NCBI GenBank assembly: GCA_030584105.1
Contig: CP129491.1
Span: 2,186,503 to 2,250,502, forward strand
Origin: Ignavibacteriaceae bacterium
GTDB lineage: Bacteria > Bacteroidota > Ignavibacteria > Ignavibacteriales > Ignavibacteriaceae
Length of the DNA stretch: 64,000 nt
Reading direction: 5' to 3'
The notes beneath the pieces were generated by a model. The model worked only from the letters and a program-made list of their open reading frames with translations, was not told the origin of the DNA and ran no database searches. Below, piece by piece: positions 18,931-27,545 of this stretch; within the stretch, counting starts at the first letter, position 1; each line of letters starts with the position of its first letter. The position numbers and the translations under genes are program-made.

Positions 18931-20198
18931 TATCGTTTCTTAAAAATGAGTATATGTTCTTTAGGATACACTTTAACACTATTCAATTCGCTTGGAGAAG
19001 TAAATCTCCCAGATATCGGGTGACGAGTTGTTGGAATCTGCTTCAATGAAATATTTCTCGTAATTCTTTTTTCTAAATAAAAACTTTCTTCTCTCATCAA
19101 ACTGATCAAAATATCCGAGGTGGGTATCGTAACTTCCCTAAGCTTACTATCTCCAACAACCATACAACAGGTTGCTCCTGGTTTTAAAATTCGATGTATT
19201 TCCTGAATTACCTGTTGCATTGAAATAAAATAATTCTCAATTTCTTTCGCAATTTTCTTATTTTTCACTGCTAATTGTGAAACAGTATCTGAGGCTAACA
19301 GACAATTTATTTCAGCTTCAATTTTTTCAGAGTAAAATGTTCCAATAAATTTTTTTCTAAATTCTCTAAGATCACTAAAAAAGTTAAACACATAACCAGA
19401 TAATTGATGAATATCCGCATATTCGTAAGATGTCGCATAAGGAGGGGAGGTAATTACAAGATCAACAGAATCATTTTCAAGTCCAGTATCCCGCGCATCT
19501 CTGAGATGAATTTCACTTTGAATATCCAATCGGTTCTTTTTACTTAGATAGCTATGAAATTCCATGTTCTTTTTCCACATTTTTTTAATCTGATATTCAA
19601 AGAGATTGAAAGGGTCCTTAATCTGTTTCTTTGGATCAATTTGTGGTTTAGTGCTATCTTGAAGCCAACGGCTGGAAGTTTTGAGAATGTTCGATAATCC
19701 AACTTTTAGAAAAGTCTCAAGTTCTTTATTATCTACTTCTTCGATACATTTTTTCAAATAGCCGATTTTGTTTTTCTGCTCTGGGCAAAACCAATAGTTA
19801 AGCCTCGGGTGATCGGATATATAGTATTTTTCTTCCTCGTTGTAGTTGCTAAACCACTCTTGAATTATTTCTAATAAATTTTGATGCGAACCTGGAGCAA
19901 TAGTAGTTATTTTCGATTTTGTTATCATTTCAGCAACTGGATTAACATCAAACCCAATAGACCTGTAGCCATGACTTTTTGCCTCAACCAATGTTGTCCC
20001 ACAACCGGCAAATGGATCAACAATAAGACAATCCTCTGTAGCGTAGGTCTCTATCAATTTGGAAACAATCTGTGGAATAAATTTTGCAGGATACCTGTGG
20101 TAACCGTGGGTGTAGCTATCGATAGACCTGTGCCCGGCAAAAGACCACTCATCTGAACATTCGTTAACTTTACTGTTCTCAACTGCTACACTCAACAC
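18930..20198 (-). CDS. DNA methyltransferase (N4-cytosine or N6-adenine; motif I precedes SPPY)
   Basis: HRYPAKFIPQIV..IVDPFAGCGTTLVEAK (motif I region) and DLVITSPPYATSYEY (motif IV). AT-rich. Confidence 0.8.
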   Translation of the reverse strand: MLSVAVENSKVNECSDEWSFAGHRSIDSYTHGYHRYPAKFIPQIVSKLIETYATEDCLIVDPFAGCGTTLVEAKSHGYRSIGFDVNPVAEMITKSKITTIAPGSHQNLLEIIQEWFSNYNEEEKYYISDHPRLNYWFCPEQKNKIGYLKKCIEEVDNKELETFLKVGLSNILKTSSRWLQDSTKPQIDPKKQIKDPFNLFEYQIKKMWKKNMEFHSYLSKKNRLDIQSEIHLRDARDTGLENDSVDLVITSPPYATSYEYADIHQLSGYVFNFFSDLREFRKKFIGTFYSEKIEAEINCLLASDTVSQLAVKNKKIAKEIENYFISMQQVIQEIHRILKPGATCCMVVGDSKLREVTIPTSDILISLMREESFYLEKRITRNISLKQIPTTRHPISGRFTSPSELNSVKVYPKEHILIFKKR

Positions 20199-20390
20199 AG
20201 AACTCCTCGATTATTTTATGAAAGAAAATTTTCTTTTTTTTGATTTAGAATTCAAAATATTTAACCACTAAGTTAGAAATAATTTAATTACAAAAAAAGC
20301 AATGTTGAAATTACTTATATTGCCAATTCAAATTAACTACAAATATTTTACCACATTTTCTTATAAAAGCACCCAATCCCCCCCCCACTA

Positions 20391-22043
20391 TCACCCCTCG
20401 ATAAGTTTGATTTTAATTTTTTTGGTTACGGTATAGAGTTCGTTTTCTTCGGTGAGGATGCCGGGGGAGATCTCCTCAATATCCACATAGTTTTTTTTGG
20501 GCAGGGCGACGAACTCGCAGAAGTCAAAAAGGCGACTGCGGTCTTTCAGGACGGGTGCAAAGTCAGTCAGGTTATTTTTGTTTATGTGGAACTCGGCAGT
20601 AGCAATAGTGCTGTCGAAGACGATTTCGAAAAAGGAGTCGCTCGCCGGTTTGCTTTGAAAATCGTCAACACTGAAGGTTCCGGGCTTAAGTGAGATATCG
20701 CTGCTATAATCCGGCACATAATATGTTACCCGCATGCGCTCGAAGGTGCTTCTTAAATCGGGATTTGTTTTTCGAAGTGTCGCCTCAGAGCCTTTTCTGC
20801 TTCCGGTATCAGCCGGGTCTCCCTGCCTGAAGTCGGTTCTTGGGGCATTTTCGGAGGGGTCTCCCCCCTCTGAGGGGTATCTTTTATCGGGGGAGAGTTG
20901 CCCGCCGAGGCTGGCGGCACTTCCGGATTCAGAGGGGTTTTTTCCGGCGGAGGCGCCAGTTCCCTTTAGGTCAAACTCGCCAAAATTCCCCGTTTTCAGT
21001 ACCTTTTCCAACAATCGACGGGTTGTTTTAATCCCGTGGAAGTTGTAAAGGGAAACCAAAAGTGTAATTAGCAGAAGGCACAGCGCTGTGAAAATTAAGA
21101 TTTCGTTGGAAATGCCGCCTACGATCTCTTGCCCGCGATTGCTCGTACGGGATTGAGTGTCGGTGCCGACTGAATCATGCCCAAAGGAAGCAGTAAGTAT
21201 TTCGCTTTGGGTGCCGCTTCTGCTTTGTGTGCTACCTGCCGTGCTACGGGGATTAAAGTTCGCACCAGCAGAGGTTTCGCTTTGGGTGCCTGTGGAAACG
21301 GTGCCGCCTCTATTGCCTAAACTTCCGGCTTTTAACTCATCGGACAGAGTGCCGCCTCTATTGCCTAAACTTCCGGCTTTTAACTCATCGGACAGAGTGC
21401 CGCCTCTATTGCCAAAATCACCCGCTTTTGTACCACCGGACAGAGTGCCCGATACTTCCAAAACGGCAAGTGCACCCAGGAAAGCAAAAACTATTGCAAT
21501 CCTAAAGAGCAACGCCCGGTAACTTAAACACTTTCTGTTTTGAGGGTTGGGCTGTGTTTTACTTTTTGCCGCACCACCGGACAAAGTCGCAACGCTTAAA
21601 CACTTTCTGTTTTTGGGGTTAGGCTGTGTCTTAGTTTTTGCCGCACCACCGGACAAAGTCGCAACTTCTATATGCTTTTTGTTTTGGGGGTTTCCGCCGT
21701 CACCCGCCAATTCATAGTCTGTACAAAAAGGAATTTCATCCATATTATCCCGCTTGCCTAAGTTTTTATTGGGGTTACCCGCCACTTCACAGCCTGCACG
21801 AAAAGGAATTTCATCCATACTATCCCGCTTTTCCGGGTTTTGATCGGGATCGCCCGCCAATTCATAGCCTGTACAAAAAGGAATTTCATCCATACTATCC
21901 CGCTTGCCTAAGTTTTTATTGGGGTTACCCGCCAATTCACAGCCTGCACGAAAAGGAATTTCATCCATACTATCCCGCTTTTCCGGGTTTTGATCGGGAT
22001 CGCCCACCACTTCACAGCCTGTACGAAAAGGAATTTTATCCAT
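20391..22043 (-). CDS. repeat-rich membrane protein, unknown function
   Basis: The 550-aa ORF has 5 x 25-aa repeats (MDEIPF(R/C)(A/T)G(C/Y)E(L/V)AG(N/D)P...KRDS), 2 x 24-aa repeats (VATLSGGAAK(T/S)KTQPNP(K/Q)NRKCLS) and 3 x 16-aa repeats (GTLSDELKAGSLGNRG). It also has two hydrophobic helices and a non-repetitive c. 130-aa C-terminal domain. Confidence 0.5.
   Translation of the reverse strand: MDKIPFRTGCEVVGDPDQNPEKRDSMDEIPFRAGCELAGNPNKNLGKRDSMDEIPFCTGYELAGDPDQNPEKRDSMDEIPFRAGCEVAGNPNKNLGKRDNMDEIPFCTDYELAGDGGNPQNKKHIEVATLSGGAAKTKTQPNPKNRKCLSVATLSGGAAKSKTQPNPQNRKCLSYRALLFRIAIVFAFLGALAVLEVSGTLSGGTKAGDFGNRGGTLSDELKAGSLGNRGGTLSDELKAGSLGNRGGTVSTGTQSETSAGANFNPRSTAGSTQSRSGTQSEILTASFGHDSVGTDTQSRTSNRGQEIVGGISNEILIFTALCLLLITLLVSLYNFHGIKTTRRLLEKVLKTGNFGEFDLKGTGASAGKNPSESGSAASLGGQLSPDKRYPSEGGDPSENAPRTDFRQGDPADTGSRKGSEATLRKTNPDLRSTFERMRVTYYVPDYSSDISLKPGTFSVDDFQSKPASDSFFEIVFDSTIATAEFHINKNNLTDFAPVLKDRSRLFDFCEFVALPKKNYVDIEEISPGILTEENELYTVTKKIKIKLIEG
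21299..21450. repeat. 48-bp tandem repeat, about 3 copies
   Basis: GTGCCGCCTCTATTGCC(T/A)AA(C/A)... units lie within the 550-aa ORF. Confidence 0.85.
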
Positions 22044-22090
22044 ACTATCCCGCTTTTCCGAGTTTTGATTGATTTCTCCGCCCTGACCAC
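21669..22090. repeat. 75-bp tandem repeats in alternating A/B flavours (150-bp super-unit), 5.5 copies
   Basis: GGAATTTCATCCATACTATCCCGCTT... recurs. The array runs past the annotated ATG (22043) into the 5' flank. Confidence 0.85.
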
Positions 22091-22484
22091 ACCGAAATTT
22101 ATGCGCCGTTTGCTAAAACCTTAATGAAACCTTGCCGAAAACTTGCTAAAACCTTGACAATGATGCGCTGATTACCCGGTCAGGAGGTAGTGAATGTTTG
22201 CAACTGCAAATTAATTATAATCCAGCTAATGGCAAAAGAAAATGCACTAAATTGAGAAATTTTTTTGGTTTTCTGCAGGCTGTAAGGCAGTTATCAGATA
22301 CGGGGTTATAAGTAATCGTCAGATTTGACGCGCTGGTAACAAAAACACTCAACAAATAAATTGCTAAAGTGTTAAATCCAAAAAAACTCCCAGGCAAACC
22401 GTAATCGTTCAGATAAAACCCCACAAACCTTAACCTTTAAAACCCATTACATAAAACTTAAATCACGCAAAAAAACAATAATAA

Positions 22485-25007
22485 TCAATTAACCGGTTCA
22501 TTCTCAAAAGTTTGTCCGTATTCTTTTGCACTTATTACAGTATTATACAGCCCGACTGAGGTTTCATTGTGGCGGTTTACTCCTGTGTAAGCAAGGCTGG
22601 GGTCTTCATACCTTTTGAATTTATAGACGGCGTCGTTCATAAGCCCTTCATTGAAAAGCCCAAGACTCACTAAAAGCTCGAAATCGGGAATTGATAACCC
22701 GGTTACCCGCTTGAAAAGGTCAGGTTCAAGTTCCCTAATTATATCCTGCAGGCTAAACTCCCGGAAATCAGTCAGATATAAGAAAACCGGTATTCTGGTA
22801 GCAAACTTGATCAGTTTTTCCTGAATCATTTTCCTTTTCGATTTATACTCTTTTTCCTCAGCAGTTAACTCTCTTTTTTCTTTATCTGAAAGTTCACGGT
22901 CGTTCGCGCTGTTTTTCAGTTTTTTGATAGTTTCCGATTTATTAATAATAGTTTCAATATCCTGATTCAACGATCTGAACCCCTCAATACTCATCAGCGC
23001 AGCCATAGCTTTCTCATTTGCCAGCAGGCGCCTGAGCGTGTTATTGTCAACATTTACGAGCAGAGCGCTCTCCCATCTTCTTGCAAGAAGTGTCGCTGTG
23101 GTACCACTCATCGCCATATCCAAAACCCCTGCAGCGTCTATCTGTTTCATTGAACTGCCATCGTAGGCAAGAATAGGCAAAAATGAGATAAACTCAGCCA
23201 CTTTTTCTTCAGGATTTTTATTATTCACATCAAGCCGGCAACTGTAGTCAGCAATTTGCCTTAAAGCCCGGTCGGGTGCAAAATCGAAAACATAACACTC
23301 TCTTTTCAGAATCTCTTCTTGGTTCGGGTTTTCGCCGTCAGGGTTCTTGATCACCCACGGTGTCTGCACCCGGAATGCCGCCTGAAAATAGGTTTCGGGG
23401 CTTGAGGAATTTCTTAGCATAAAAATGCCCGACCATGGCTTAACCGAAACGCCGGTGGTAAGTTTTCCGCATGAAAGCGTTATAGTTCTGGTTTTAACGG
23501 GGTTATCCATCTCTTTAGAAACGGGCGGAAGTGCCTCTGCGCCAATACCAGCCCCTGAACCTGCAGCAACCACAATCCCGAACTGCCGGTAGAAATCATT
23601 TTGCTCCTGCCTGAAAAGATTAGCCATTGCGTGGCACGCAGAAACACTCGGAAGAAACCAAAAAGTATGAGAAAGAATCTGAAGAAATCGCCTGTCGGAG
23701 TAGGGAAACGGCGGCTTTTTATCACCAAGTTTCAGATTATCAACCGTAGCCGGTGAGTGTGCGCCTCTTATCAAATCGAGCCATTTTTGAACTTCATTTT
23801 CATGAATAAATTTCGCAGCACTGAATTCGCCTTCAGCCTTAAAGAACTCGTTAAGGTCAAACTCGTTAAACTCACCCTTCAGCGCAATATCTTTAATTGC
23901 CGGCGGCAGTTGATAAGTCAGCATCACCATTCTTGGTAATGATTCGTAGGGGTTAGGTTCGTTTGGGTTGCTCCACTCAGCTTTTGCGCGTTGTTCATCC
24001 GAGTAAGTCCAGTTAAAAATTTGTTCTTCGATAAACTCACCCGAAGCAATCGCTCTGAAAGGTGTTCCGGAAAGATAAAGATAGTGGTTTGTGGTTATCG
24101 GCATAAATTCTTCGTCAAAATAATCAATACCGACACCCTCACCGAACTGAATCTCTTTTTTATCTTCCTCCTCAAAAAGGTCTTTTGCGTTCTCCCTCCA
24201 TGCGCCGTAGTGATACTCATCCAAAATCACGCAGTCCCAGTTTGTTGTGTGCACCCACTCGTTTTTTGGCTTTATTCCCCCCGCTTCATTTTTTCCGAGA
24301 AAATCCTGAAACGAACCAAAACAGACCAAAGGTTTGGAATTGTCGCTAATTTCAAAAGTTAAACCTTTTTCGGAATAGAATTGCCATCCCGCAAAATCGA
24401 TATGGGAAAGAAGGTCTTCTTCCCACGCTGTTTTAACCGCCGGTTTGAAGGTAAGCACGAGGATTTTCTTCCACCCCATTCTTTTTGCCAAGTGATATGC
24501 TGCAAATGTTTTACCGAATCTCATTTTTGCATTCCAAAGGAAGTGAGGCGTTCTTTCTTTGTTTTCCGGCTCGGATTTAAAACTTTCAAAATAGGCGATG
24601 GTTTTTTCAATCGCAGCTTCCTGCTCGGGGCGCAATTTGAATGTTTGTGTTCGATTTGCCTCGTTAGTCACCCCCTTTTGAACGGCAAGTATAGCCGATT
24701 TAACCTCTTTAACAGTACATCTGAACCATTCACCGGCGGGATTACTAATCCCCATTTTTCTCAAATATTTGTGAACATCTTTATCCATGAAAGATGAGCC
24801 GTCGTCTCTCATCGCTTTTTCTTCAAGAACGATTCTGTAGGGGAGTTCACCCGGACGGCGGGTTGGGTATTGCCCGGCAACACGGGTTTTTGCGTCCCTT
24901 GTTGTATATCCGACTTTTAACAGCCCGTTGTACTTTGGGTTCGTATCTTCATAAGCGTAAATTGTCGGGTTAACTTCAGGCCTTAATGGGAAAAATTTCT
25001 CAGACAA
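22485..25007 (-). CDS. T5orf172/GIY-YIG-like domain fused to SF2 DEAH helicase (candidate restriction/translocase subunit)
   Basis: N-terminal IYAYEDTNP..GLLKVGYTTRDAKTRV...GEWFRC. Walker A RFGKTFAAY, DEAH box VILDEYHYGA, and LYLSGTP. Confidence 0.7.
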   Translation of the reverse strand: MSEKFFPLRPEVNPTIYAYEDTNPKYNGLLKVGYTTRDAKTRVAGQYPTRRPGELPYRIVLEEKAMRDDGSSFMDKDVHKYLRKMGISNPAGEWFRCTVKEVKSAILAVQKGVTNEANRTQTFKLRPEQEAAIEKTIAYFESFKSEPENKERTPHFLWNAKMRFGKTFAAYHLAKRMGWKKILVLTFKPAVKTAWEEDLLSHIDFAGWQFYSEKGLTFEISDNSKPLVCFGSFQDFLGKNEAGGIKPKNEWVHTTNWDCVILDEYHYGAWRENAKDLFEEEDKKEIQFGEGVGIDYFDEEFMPITTNHYLYLSGTPFRAIASGEFIEEQIFNWTYSDEQRAKAEWSNPNEPNPYESLPRMVMLTYQLPPAIKDIALKGEFNEFDLNEFFKAEGEFSAAKFIHENEVQKWLDLIRGAHSPATVDNLKLGDKKPPFPYSDRRFLQILSHTFWFLPSVSACHAMANLFRQEQNDFYRQFGIVVAAGSGAGIGAEALPPVSKEMDNPVKTRTITLSCGKLTTGVSVKPWSGIFMLRNSSSPETYFQAAFRVQTPWVIKNPDGENPNQEEILKRECYVFDFAPDRALRQIADYSCRLDVNNKNPEEKVAEFISFLPILAYDGSSMKQIDAAGVLDMAMSGTTATLLARRWESALLVNVDNNTLRRLLANEKAMAALMSIEGFRSLNQDIETIINKSETIKKLKNSANDRELSDKEKRELTAEEKEYKSKRKMIQEKLIKFATRIPVFLYLTDFREFSLQDIIRELEPDLFKRVTGLSIPDFELLVSLGLFNEGLMNDAVYKFKRYEDPSLAYTGVNRHNETSVGLYNTVISAKEYGQTFENEPVN

Positions 25008-25063
25008 CGATTTTCTCCTCTCTAATCGCGGAGTTATGAATGTTGCCGGTTTTCAATAAAATT

Positions 25064-26602
25064 TTATTCTTTATTTCCATTATTCAATTCCATCGGGCGG
25101 ATCATTGAGTCAATAAATGCAATTTCCTCTTCAGTTAAACCGTATTTTGCATAAAGCTTTTCGTCGGTCCAGCTCTCATTAAAATCCTGCATTGGCACGA
25201 ACTGATAGACTTTTGATGACGCATGCTGTGTACTTTTACGCAATAAAACCAAAAATCTGAATAATTTTGTTTTTATATAACTTATTGCGTTTTCAGCAAG
25301 AATTTTAGTTTTAAATGGCCCTATCATAACATAAGTTTCGGAGCATATAGTAGAAGGTGCACCATAAAATGGTTTATTAATAATCTGATGTGGATAGGAT
25401 TCGCCAGCACCGTAAGCCATTGTAATAAAAACTTTATGAGCATCAATCCAATCTTTATTAACCTGGATTATCTCCCTACTACAATATGAAATTGATTTGT
25501 TCCCATAAATTAACAAATCTCTTTCGGTATCTCTTTGCTTATTTCCTTTATAAAATGTCCTAAGTCCAAATGGTTTTTGATTACTTACAAGCTCGGCAAA
25601 AGATTTCTCTTTTAAAAAAACAACTTTCCGATAAATTGAAACAGCTTCATTGAACCTAATAAAAATGTCAGAATCTTTTTCAAGAAGATATCTTTTATCT
25701 GTCGATTGCAAGTCACCTTGCTTTGTAGTTATTTCACACATACCAGAATAATCTCTATCCCATAAAAAATAGCAAACCCCACCCTTTATTTCTACGCCAG
25801 GAAAGCATTCAGTGGAAATTGGATAATCAACTAATTTACTTATCCGTCTATCATTCAACATCGTAATTCGGAAGTTATCTAATCCTCTTCCCCCTGAAAA
25901 CCATCTTGAAGGAATAACCATGGTAATAAATCTTGGTTCTAAGGATTTCGCTTGTAAGACAAATTTATCATAAAGTGGGATTGCACCCCCTCGAATTCTA
26001 ACCTCTGTTTGAGAATCACCTCCATCACTCAACTGATAAGGGGGGTTACCAACAATAACATCAAACTTCATGTTAAATAATTCTTCCGGATTTTCTGTGT
26101 GAATAAATTGATAAGCGTGTGTTTCAAGTTCTTCGCCCCTGTCATATACGGATTGGCTCGCACCGCAGAAAGAGCACCGTCCGTTCACCCAGGTATGTTC
26201 AATCCTGTTGTATAAAATATTTCCTTCTTCGGAGGTAAACCCCGTGCTGACGGAATACTTTCCGTTAGCCAGTCTTGAACAATAAAGAGTCCTCCTGGAT
26301 ATAAGGGATGTAATATCTGTGATAGCAATTCCAAATATCTGATTGGTATAAATATGGTTGATTCTTTCCTGAAGATCGGGGAATTTACTTTTAAGCCCTC
26401 TGTTAAGCCGTTTCGCAATTTCACGGAGAAAAACCCCCGATTTGCAAACGGGGTCCAAAAATTTTACATCGGGGTTGCTCCATAATTCAGGGGGCAACAT
26501 ATCCAACAAACTGTTTGCTAACTCCGGCGGTGTGAAAACCTCGTCACTGCTCAGGCTTGCCAAACAAGAAAGAACATCGGGATTGTAAACCGACTCATTC
26601 AT
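25064..26602 (-). CDS. Eco57I/TaqI-like N6-adenine DNA methyltransferase with C-terminal presumptive target-recognition domain
   Basis: SDEVFTPPELANSLLDML, motif I-like FLDPVCKSGVFL (first Gly position is Lys) and motif IV VIVGNPPYQ. The C-terminal c. 300 aa are visibly more AT-rich. Confidence 0.75.
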   Translation of the reverse strand: MNESVYNPDVLSCLASLSSDEVFTPPELANSLLDMLPPELWSNPDVKFLDPVCKSGVFLREIAKRLNRGLKSKFPDLQERINHIYTNQIFGIAITDITSLISRRTLYCSRLANGKYSVSTGFTSEEGNILYNRIEHTWVNGRCSFCGASQSVYDRGEELETHAYQFIHTENPEELFNMKFDVIVGNPPYQLSDGGDSQTEVRIRGGAIPLYDKFVLQAKSLEPRFITMVIPSRWFSGGRGLDNFRITMLNDRRISKLVDYPISTECFPGVEIKGGVCYFLWDRDYSGMCEITTKQGDLQSTDKRYLLEKDSDIFIRFNEAVSIYRKVVFLKEKSFAELVSNQKPFGLRTFYKGNKQRDTERDLLIYGNKSISYCSREIIQVNKDWIDAHKVFITMAYGAGESYPHQIINKPFYGAPSTICSETYVMIGPFKTKILAENAISYIKTKLFRFLVLLRKSTQHASSKVYQFVPMQDFNESWTDEKLYAKYGLTEEEIAFIDSMIRPMELNNGNKE

Positions 26603-27248
26603 TTTCCGTAAGCCTCAAAAAATGAGTAATTGGGTACTCAGCCACGGGAGTGGGTATGAACGCCTTTTCGCCAAGGTCAGAAAACAAGTTTTCTCCTTCA
26701 AGAGGTTGACTTTCAAGAAGGTTAGCCATTGTGTAGTCGCGTCTTTTTATCATATTATCGTTTACGAAGCTCCACTCACTGAAAACTATAGGTTCTGCCT
26801 TTTTATCGGGCGTTTTAAGAGTTAGGGCGTCACCCCAAAGAATATTACGATTTAAGATAAAACGGACTGAATTAAAACACTCGTGCCGGCACTTTTCTTT
26901 ATAAAGCCTTGAATATCGATCGGTGAAAATTGCAAATAACCGCTCGCGACACTCAATTACATTGTCAGGAAGGATATCGATACCATAAATTGAGGAAACA
27001 GCGAGCACACCATAGCGCTCCCATTCGAATTGACTGCTTTTGTAACGGGAATCGACAACCGTTAGTTTACGGCGAAGTATTTCGACGAGGAAATTCCCCG
27101 TTCCGCAAGCCGGCTCTAAAAACCGTGAATCGATCCGCTCGGTTTCCTGTTTTACGAGATCGAGCATGGCGTTAACCTCGCGTTCGGAGGTGAAAACCTC
27201 GCCGTGATCGGCGACCCGCTGCTTCGATTTAACCTGCATAGCGGTCAC
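26595..27248 (-). CDS. DNA methyltransferase N-terminal half (motifs X-I-II-III, no catalytic NPPY)
   Basis: HGEVFTSEREVNAMLDL, canonical motif I FLEPACGTGNFL, IYGIDIL and WGDAL. It ends at 217 aa without an NPPY motif and overlaps the downstream MTase gene by 8 nt. Confidence 0.6.
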   Translation of the reverse strand: MTAMQVKSKQRVADHGEVFTSEREVNAMLDLVKQETERIDSRFLEPACGTGNFLVEILRRKLTVVDSRYKSSQFEWERYGVLAVSSIYGIDILPDNVIECRERLFAIFTDRYSRLYKEKCRHECFNSVRFILNRNILWGDALTLKTPDKKAEPIVFSEWSFVNDNMIKRRDYTMANLLESQPLEGENLFSDLGEKAFIPTPVAEYPITHFLRLTENE

Positions 27249-27339
27249 AACTGATGATGATTGTTATGTGTGGCACTATAAACCCTGTTTTTGTTTCGCA
27301 AATTAGCAATAAATTTTTTATCCGCAAAGCGAAGAGGCT
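27118..27339. repeat. direct repeat, left copy (222 bp): first 44 codons plus 91 bp upstream of the 217-aa MTase-fragment gene
   Basis: Near-identical to 32420-32641 at an offset of 5302 bp. A few mismatches occur only in the distal c. 40 bp. Confidence 0.95.
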
Positions 27340-27545
27340 GCAAGCAGCGGTTACTGATCAACCATAAGTTGCCATTCTACAACAGGGCGATTACCAAACT
27401 ACAAACACGGTTGGCAAACTGCATAATCAGCACAGTTGTTACTCAGGTATAATTAAACCGGTGAAACATTAGTACAGTATGGCTGGTGACCGTGCAGACT
27501 TGAATCAGTTCAGCAATAAACACCCTTCAGAAAACGATCTCAAAA

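Noticed and set aside
21638-22072. 144-aa plus-strand ORF (EFHPYYPA repeats)
   Set aside because: It exists only because the 75-bp repeat lacks stops in that frame. It has no start context or unique sequence, so it is kept only as a caveat on the coding status of the array.
21299-22090. CRISPR array hypothesis for the tandem arrays (also 31630-32075 and 39902-40035)
   Set aside because: Units are contiguous with no unique spacers, periods are 48-75 bp or 28-30 bp head-to-tail, and no cas genes are present.
22215-22424. 69-aa minus-strand ORF
   Set aside because: It is an isolated ORF in an intergenic gap with no RBS or recognisable features. The hydrophobic stretch alone is insufficient.
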